Positions 27,749 through 33,310 of a stretch of DNA of 33,310 nt are shown here, piece by piece (position 1 is the first letter of the stretch; every line of letters begins with the position of its first letter). The notes below the pieces were generated by a model. That model worked only from the letters and a program-made list of their open reading frames with translations. It did no database searches and had not been told where the DNA came from. Source of the stretch: Clostridia bacterium (GTDB taxonomy: Bacteria > Bacillota > Clostridia > Christensenellales > UBA1242); contig JAVWAR010000002.1 of the NCBI GenBank assembly GCA_036649955.1, positions 1-33,310 of the forward strand, given 5' to 3'. Position numbers and translations under genes: made by a program.

Positions 27749-27858
27749 ATTTAATGTATTCTTTTTTTTATTTCCTGAAAATTTTAAAGATAATATAGTT
27801 TTTATTATTCTCTTACTATGTTAGTATTAATAAAATAAATTCGGGGGAAATATAAACA

Positions 27859-28653
27859 ATGAAAAATGAAAAAATTAAAGTGTTATTCGCAGAAGAAAAT
27901 GAAGTACAAAAAGTAAAAATTAGCGAGGCATTTAGTGATTATAGTAGATTCGAAATATTGGGTTTTGCAAAAAATGGACAACAATTACTTACAATGATTG
28001 AAAACTATAATCCAGATGTTGTTATAACTGACCTTTTACTTGGTGAAATTGATGGGCTTAGTGTTATGGAAAAAGTTATTGCAAAGGGTATATGTGTAAA
28101 ATTTTTAATAATTTCATCACTTACTAGTGACACGTTTGTCCAAAAAGCACTAAGTTTAAATGCGGAATATTATATGATTAAACCTGTTAGTTATGCTGAT
28201 GTTCGCGGTAGAGTTTGTGATATGATGGCTGAAAAGGCAAACACTGCAAAAATATTTGTCAAAGAGAATACTACTGCCGATAATGGCAAAGCACCTGTAA
28301 AAAGAAATAGATATATGGAAGAGAAAATTACCAATATATTTATTACGGTTGGTATTCCTGCGCACATTAAAGGTTATCAGTTTTTACGTGAAGCAATTAA
28401 AATGGCAATAGACAATCCTGAAATTATCAATTCTATTACTAAGGAATTATATCCATCAATAGCAGTTAGATTTGATACAAGTGCAAGCAAAGTTGAAAGG
28501 GCAATAAGACACGCCATTGAAGTCGCTTGGAATCGTGGAAAAATTGAAAATATTAATTCTGTTTTTGGCGTAAAAGTTTATTCAAACAATGAAAAACCAA
28601 CAAATGGAGAATTTATTGCATTAGTTGCAGATAAAATGTTGATAGAAGGTTAA
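27859..28653 (+). CDS. spo0A: Sporulation master response regulator Spo0A
   Basis: Receiver domain with PDVVITDLLL (phospho-acceptor Asp) and MIKP (Lys). The Spo0A-specific effector domain GIPAHIKGYQFLREAIKMA...SKVERAIRHAIEVAWNRG...KPTNGEFIALVADKM is unmistakable. Confidence 0.95.
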   Translation: MKNEKIKVLFAEENEVQKVKISEAFSDYSRFEILGFAKNGQQLLTMIENYNPDVVITDLLLGEIDGLSVMEKVIAKGICVKFLIISSLTSDTFVQKALSLNAEYYMIKPVSYADVRGRVCDMMAEKANTAKIFVKENTTADNGKAPVKRNRYMEEKITNIFITVGIPAHIKGYQFLREAIKMAIDNPEIINSITKELYPSIAVRFDTSASKVERAIRHAIEVAWNRGKIENINSVFGVKVYSNNEKPTNGEFIALVADKMLIEG

Positions 28654-28671
28654 AATATTTTGCAAAAAAGG

Positions 28672-28698
28672 TTTACATTTTTCTACTTTTGTTATAAT
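28672..28698 (+). promoter_or_regulatory. Putative promoter of the zinc-ribbon/poly-Asp gene
   Basis: TTTACA (28672-28677), short 15-nt spacer, extended -10 TGtTATAAT (28690-28698). No terminator is seen between spo0A and this gene. Confidence 0.35.
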
Positions 28699-28744
28699 AT
28701 ATTTCTAGTTTGTAAGCGAAGGCTTAAAACAGGAGGATATAAAA

Positions 28745-29389
<645 letters not shown>

Positions 29390-29403
29390 TAATATGTAAC
29401 GAT

Positions 29404-29427
29404 AAACAGGCGAACGCCTGTTTTTTT
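29404..29427 (+). terminator. Rho-independent terminator after the acidic protein gene
   Basis: AAACAGG (29404-29410) / CCTGTTT (29417-29423), loop CGAACG, T run to 29427. Confidence 0.75.
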
Positions 29428-29476
29428 GTATACTAACAACAATTATTGGCAATACTCGCATTAAAGTGAGGGCAAA

Positions 29477-29722
29477 ATGAGAGTAGCAAAAACAAGTAAG
29501 GAAGAAATTGTTGATATGATTATGAAACTCAAAGGCGAAAAAATAAAAATGCATATCAATAAGGGCAGAAAGAAAATTATCAAGTATACAGGTTTTATTG
29601 AAAATATTTATCCAAGTATTTTTACGGTTAGGCTAGAAGGCGAAAAAAATATCTCAAATATGTCATATTCTTATTCCGAAGTAATGTGCGGTGATGTAAA
29701 AATAATTCCAGATATCAAATAA
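29477..29722 (+). CDS. veg: Veg protein (biofilm/sporulation-associated small DNA-binding-like protein)
   Basis: KIKMHINKGRKKIIKYTGFIENIYPSIFTVRLEGEKNISNMSYSYSEVMCGDVKI parallels B. subtilis Veg ([49 protein letters not shown]). Confidence 0.85.
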   Translation: MRVAKTSKEEIVDMIMKLKGEKIKMHINKGRKKIIKYTGFIENIYPSIFTVRLEGEKNISNMSYSYSEVMCGDVKIIPDIK

Positions 29723-29811
29723 TAAATACAAAAAGTTTTGTGCTATATGAATATTTCTCATTTGCTTTGAGTAGATTGTACTATGAAGAAAAGAGGCAGA
29801 GGAGGATTATT

Positions 29812-31338
29812 ATGGCGTTTGAATCTTCAAGTACAAAAATTGCTATTAAAAACAAAAAGATACTTAGTGTGACGGAACTTGCCACAAACTCTCGTATTCT
29901 TATTGCTGATGGCAAAAATGTAAGTAAAGTTATTTCAGTTAAATCTACTGAAAAGGTTACTGCATTTGAGAAAACCAAAGAAGAACTAACAATGAAAGGA
30001 CAAATATTTTATTCGCTTATTGTTGAACTTGCTACGGGTGAGGTTACTTGCGTTGAACAGGTTTCGGAATTTGAGGGTAAAATAAAACTAGATGACGGCT
30101 ATGAACTATCTGTTGGAATTGCTTGTAAAGATATCAATATTTCTTCTGTTAGCAGTTCTGAAATTGTAGTCGAAAGCATAATGGAACTTACTGTGATGGG
30201 GCTTACTAATGAAGTGTTAGATATTTTTTCAAGCAATAGCGAAAGTGTTGTTAAGGAAACGGAAAATATTGAGGTTAATTCAGTAGTTGCCACTGTGTCA
30301 TCCTTTTTTAATGTTGCTTGTGAAAATGAAGTGTTTTCTAGTGTTGATAAAATTTTAAATGTAAATGCAACGGTTATTTTAAATAATTGCAAAGTTTCAG
30401 AAGACATGGTTATTGTTGATGGAAAAATTATTCGCAGTGTGCTTTTTCTTGACGAAGAAGGTAAAATGAAAACTGAGGAATCAGTTATTGATTTTTGTGA
30501 GGAAGTTCCGGCAGTTTCTGCCAAAGTTGGTCAGTTTGCGAGTGCTGAACTTTGCTTAAACAATATTTCTGTTAAGGCGTCTATGGACGAGGAAGGCAGT
30601 AAAGGACATTTTATTACTACCGCTGAAATAAAAGTTGAAGTTGCAGTCTTTGAAAAGGTTTTTTCTGAGATTTTAGTAGATTTATTTTCAACAGAAGAAG
30701 AATTGTTGCCAATATTTGAAACTTATTCCGCTAATGAATTTAAAACATTTACACTTCTTGAAGGTCGCGCTACAAACACTTGTGAAAGTTTATATTCTGG
30801 TTTTGAAGACTTTTTTGTATTGGAGTCAAAGGTTTATAATTCAAGTATTGTCTATGAAGATGGACTTGTTAATATTTCAGGTGTTATAATGTCAAAAATG
30901 ATTGCTAAAAATGTTGATACAGCAATGTTTGATATGCAAGAATTTAGTATGCCTTTTGAAACCGTAATGAAATCAACTGAACAAATACAAACTGGTGGAG
31001 AAAGTACCGCAAAAGTTTCAGCAGTTTTAACTGGTATGAAACGTAAAGGTGATTCTTACGAACTAAATTATGATGTATTTGCTGAGGTGAAATCATTTAC
31101 AAGTAATTTTGTTACTTATGTTAAAGAAGTTAATGAAATTGAAGATAAGAAAATTAATGACAATTCTATTCTTGTGTATAGAAAAAGTGCAACAGAAAGT
31201 TTATTCGATGTTTGTAAAGCGCTTGGTGTTTCTAAAAACATTGTTATTTCTCAAAATGGCGATGTCGATTTTGAAGAACCAACAGAAAACACAATTATTA
31301 TTTACAAACAAAAAGAAGCCCAATTTAAAACTATGTAA
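29812..31338 (+). CDS. SipL-like spore morphogenetic protein candidate: three DUF3794/SPOCS-like beta-rich modules + C-terminal LysM-like segment
   Basis: ATG 29812 follows GGAGGA; the track's 29740 start lacks an SD. The repeated pattern matches the DUF3794 profile as I remember it (e.g. ILNVNATVILNNCKVSEDMVIVDGKIIRSVLFLDEEGKMKTEESVIDFCEEVP...). The C-terminus VYRKSATESLFDVCKALGVSKNIVISQNG fits the LysM pattern. Position next to veg matches my (uncertain) recollection of the clostridial yabG-veg-sipL neighbourhood. Confidence 0.5.
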   Translation: MAFESSSTKIAIKNKKILSVTELATNSRILIADGKNVSKVISVKSTEKVTAFEKTKEELTMKGQIFYSLIVELATGEVTCVEQVSEFEGKIKLDDGYELSVGIACKDINISSVSSSEIVVESIMELTVMGLTNEVLDIFSSNSESVVKETENIEVNSVVATVSSFFNVACENEVFSSVDKILNVNATVILNNCKVSEDMVIVDGKIIRSVLFLDEEGKMKTEESVIDFCEEVPAVSAKVGQFASAELCLNNISVKASMDEEGSKGHFITTAEIKVEVAVFEKVFSEILVDLFSTEEELLPIFETYSANEFKTFTLLEGRATNTCESLYSGFEDFFVLESKVYNSSIVYEDGLVNISGVIMSKMIAKNVDTAMFDMQEFSMPFETVMKSTEQIQTGGESTAKVSAVLTGMKRKGDSYELNYDVFAEVKSFTSNFVTYVKEVNEIEDKKINDNSILVYRKSATESLFDVCKALGVSKNIVISQNGDVDFEEPTENTIIIYKQKEAQFKTM

Positions 31339-31360
31339 AGATACTTATATAAATGCCAAA

Positions 31361-31398
31361 ATATTACAGAAACACTTTGTTTCTGTAATATTTTTTTA
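31361..31398 (+). terminator. Rho-independent terminator after the SipL-like gene
   Basis: ATTACAGAAAC (31363-31373) / GTTTCTGTAAT (31379-31389), followed by ATTTTTTT. Confidence 0.75.
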
Positions 31399-31449
31399 TT
31401 TTATATATATCATATTTGGTTAATAATTTATTCTAAGGCAGGGTATAAA

Positions 31450-31998
31450 ATGAAAAAAGTTTTTATTATTTGTTTATCTTTGGTTATTTTAGTTGGAAGT
31501 GTTTTAATTTGTTTAAGTCAAAAAGATAAGGTCACCGTTAGCGCCGAAGAGGGTTATATAAGATTTCATGTAAGAGCAAATAGCAATAGCGAAGAAGACC
31601 AAAATGTAAAATATAAAGTAAAAAATGCCCTTGTTGACTATTTAACACCGCTTTTAGTTAAGGCTGAAACAATAGAAAATGCCAAAAGTGTAATTAAAAG
31701 TAATCAAGCCATGCTTGAAAGTATTGCAACTAAAACCTTAAACCAAAATGGTTTTAATTATTCAGCAGTCGTTAGAATAAATGATGAATTTTTTCCAACA
31801 CGTTCATATTATGAACTTACTCTTGAAAGTGGTATTTATGATGCTTTAATAGTTGAACTTGGAAGCGGAAAAGGTGATAATTGGTGGTGCGTAGTTTATC
31901 CTCCTTTGTGTTTCATTAAACAAGAAAATGAAACGACTAATACCATAATATATAAGTCAAAACTTGTTGAAATATGGAAAAAAATCGCAAAACAATAG
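31450..31998 (+). CDS. spoIIR: Stage II sporulation protein R (forespore signal for pro-sigma-E processing)
   Basis: Signal/anchor MKKVFIICLSLVILVGSVLI. IRFHVRANSNSEEDQNVKYKVKNALVDYL and GSGKGDNWWCVVYPPLCF are the SpoIIR hallmarks. Confidence 0.9.
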   Translation: MKKVFIICLSLVILVGSVLICLSQKDKVTVSAEEGYIRFHVRANSNSEEDQNVKYKVKNALVDYLTPLLVKAETIENAKSVIKSNQAMLESIATKTLNQNGFNYSAVVRINDEFFPTRSYYELTLESGIYDALIVELGSGKGDNWWCVVYPPLCFIKQENETTNTIIYKSKLVEIWKKIAKQ

Positions 31999-32005
31999 AA
32001 AAATG

Positions 32006-32034
32006 TTTACAAATGAAAAAATATTGTGTATCAT
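32006..32034 (+). promoter_or_regulatory. Putative sigma-A-type promoter of the Rho-like gene
   Basis: TTTACA (32006-32011), 17-nt spacer, TATCAT (32029-32034). Confidence 0.4.
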
Positions 32035-32054
32035 ATTGATAAAGGGAAAATGTA

Positions 32055-33188
32055 ATGGAAATTAAGATTAAATTAAAAGATTTGGACGTTCTTACTATAC
32101 ATGAACTTAGAGATCTTGCACGTGACGTTGGTGTTTACAATCCCACCATTATGACTAAACAAGAACTAATGGAAAATATTGGTGAACTTCTACGTGGCAT
32201 AGAATCTAAACGTAAAAAATCTGGGAAATGTGAACAAACTAATGGCTTTGAAGAAGTATTTGCAAATACTCTTTCGGGTATGCTTATTATTGCAAATCAA
32301 AGGCGCGAAGAAGAACTGGCAAGAATGAGTGGAAATGACAATAAATCAGAATCTTTTCTTGGAAATTATAATGATGAAGAAAAAAAAGCACTTAGTACTC
32401 GTAAAGGTAAAGGTGATAAACTTCTTGTTGTTGACCCACGTATTGATACTGAGGTTGCTGGTATATTCAATTTTGAAAAGGAAAGTGAATTCTCATTTGC
32501 TAGCAAAAAAAAAGAAAATGTTATACTTGATGATACTGGGTTTTTAACGGCAGCATCAAGTTCAGAACATTATGATACAGGTTTTCTTGAATCTAAAATA
32601 AATAGTATCAGTGATGTTGTAGGTAAAGGTAATAGCAATACTCTTTGTGATTCTATAAATAATAAAGATGAGTTTTTAAATTTTTCATTTATTGATAAAG
32701 AGAAAGTTGATTTTGATGCGAAACGCAAAGAAGATGCGGAGTTTGCAGAATTTATCAAAGTTAATGAAAGTGCTGAAACTGAGGATAAATCAGTATACAT
32801 TAAAGATGAAGATGAAGATGATGAGGCCTATTTAGATAGTGAATTTGTAAATAATAAAGCGTCATGTGTTAGAAAATGCAGAGTTGTAAAGTTGAATAAT
32901 GAACTTATAATTCGTAAGCAACCATTTTTAAGATGTGTTACTGATAGAAAGGCTACGCCAGAAGAAATAGAAAAGTTTAATCTTCAATATGGTGATGGCG
33001 TAAAATGCAATTTTTACTATTCTATGAATAACGAAAAGTTTTTTACTGGTAAAATTTTAAGTTCTTGTAGAACTAACCATCCAAAGTCTAGGCATAGATT
33101 TGATTTGGATATTAAAATACCAAAAAGCAATAAGGAACAAGATGATTGGCAATATTTAGTTGAACTTGAAGAAGATGACGATATATAG
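32055..33188 (+). CDS. Hypothetical protein with a Rho N-terminal helix-bundle-like domain, a long acidic low-complexity insert and a Rho CSD-like C-terminal region; no ATPase domain
   Basis: LDVLTIHELRDLARDVGVYNPTIMTKQELMENI resembles the Rho N-terminal domain. aa ~269-340 (ATPEEIEKFNLQYGDGVKCNF...NEKFFTGKIL) resemble the Rho RNA-binding cold-shock fold ([21 protein letters not shown]...[10 protein letters not shown]). No P-loop anywhere in the 377 aa. Confidence 0.5.
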   Translation: MEIKIKLKDLDVLTIHELRDLARDVGVYNPTIMTKQELMENIGELLRGIESKRKKSGKCEQTNGFEEVFANTLSGMLIIANQRREEELARMSGNDNKSESFLGNYNDEEKKALSTRKGKGDKLLVVDPRIDTEVAGIFNFEKESEFSFASKKKENVILDDTGFLTAASSSEHYDTGFLESKINSISDVVGKGNSNTLCDSINNKDEFLNFSFIDKEKVDFDAKRKEDAEFAEFIKVNESAETEDKSVYIKDEDEDDEAYLDSEFVNNKASCVRKCRVVKLNNELIIRKQPFLRCVTDRKATPEEIEKFNLQYGDGVKCNFYYSMNNEKFFTGKILSSCRTNHPKSRHRFDLDIKIPKSNKEQDDWQYLVELEEDDDI

Positions 33189-33310
33189 TATTTTTAGAAA
33201 AACAAAAAAGAGCTTTTATTAAAAATAGTCTTAGAACACGTTCAAATGCGTTTTAACGGTTTTTTGTTTAAAGCTTATAGATTCTTTACTTAGCTTCATG
33301 AATAGGTCAA

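Noticed and set aside
27758-27776. Sigma-H-like AGGAAAT...GAAT pair upstream of spo0A.
   Set aside because: It is only present on the minus strand (pointing away from spo0A), and the spacing (8 nt) is shorter than the consensus of ~11-12 nt.
31398-31449. Sigma-F promoter expected upstream of spoIIR (GGTTAATAAT vaguely resembles the GGnnAnAHTR -10).
   Set aside because: It mismatches at two of the defined positions, and no GCATA-type -35 sits at the proper distance. This cannot be supported by eye.
33189-33310. Possible 3' end of a convergent minus-strand gene at the right edge.
   Set aside because: Only a handful of codons could fit before the window ends, and there is no recognisable sequence, so it is not reportable.

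Overview
AT-rich, densely packed chromosomal core region of a low-GC Gram-positive endospore-former (Clostridia-like Firmicute). This is inferred from Spo0A, SpoIIR, SpoVG, Veg, WhiA, a SipL-like coat protein, a T-box leader, a lipoprotein lipobox and an LtaS-like enzyme. Almost everything is on the + strand; only one ABC-transporter operon (19.3-21.8 kb) is on the - strand. Gene order: tyrS (3' end), galU, spoVG, murC, Ile T-box leader + type-2 ileS, a 39-aa ORF, rpmE, prmC-prfA, uvrC, a membrane-anchored solute-binding-like protein, murB, a PHP phosphoesterase, whiA, dnaE (split by a frameshift), pfkA, the NMT1/THI5-type ABC importer (-), two small membrane proteins + valS, an LtaS-family enzyme, spo0A, a zinc-ribbon/poly-Asp protein, veg, a SipL-like protein, spoIIR, and a Rho-like protein without an ATPase domain. 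I see no transposase, integrase, phage gene, CRISPR array, toxin-antitoxin pair, restriction-modification or other recognisable defence system, and no rRNA or tRNA gene. I therefore cannot honestly point to a novel multi-gene system. The most unusual items are two uncharacterised, extremely acidic proteins inside the spo0A-spoIIR sporulation neighbourhood (a double zinc ribbon with a 28-Asp tail, and a motor-less Rho N-terminal module), an EE-for-DD substitution in the Spo0A receiver acidic pocket, a homopolymer frameshift in dnaE, and apparently leaderless murC and uvrC. All homology calls come from reading the supplied translations by eye; no database search was run.
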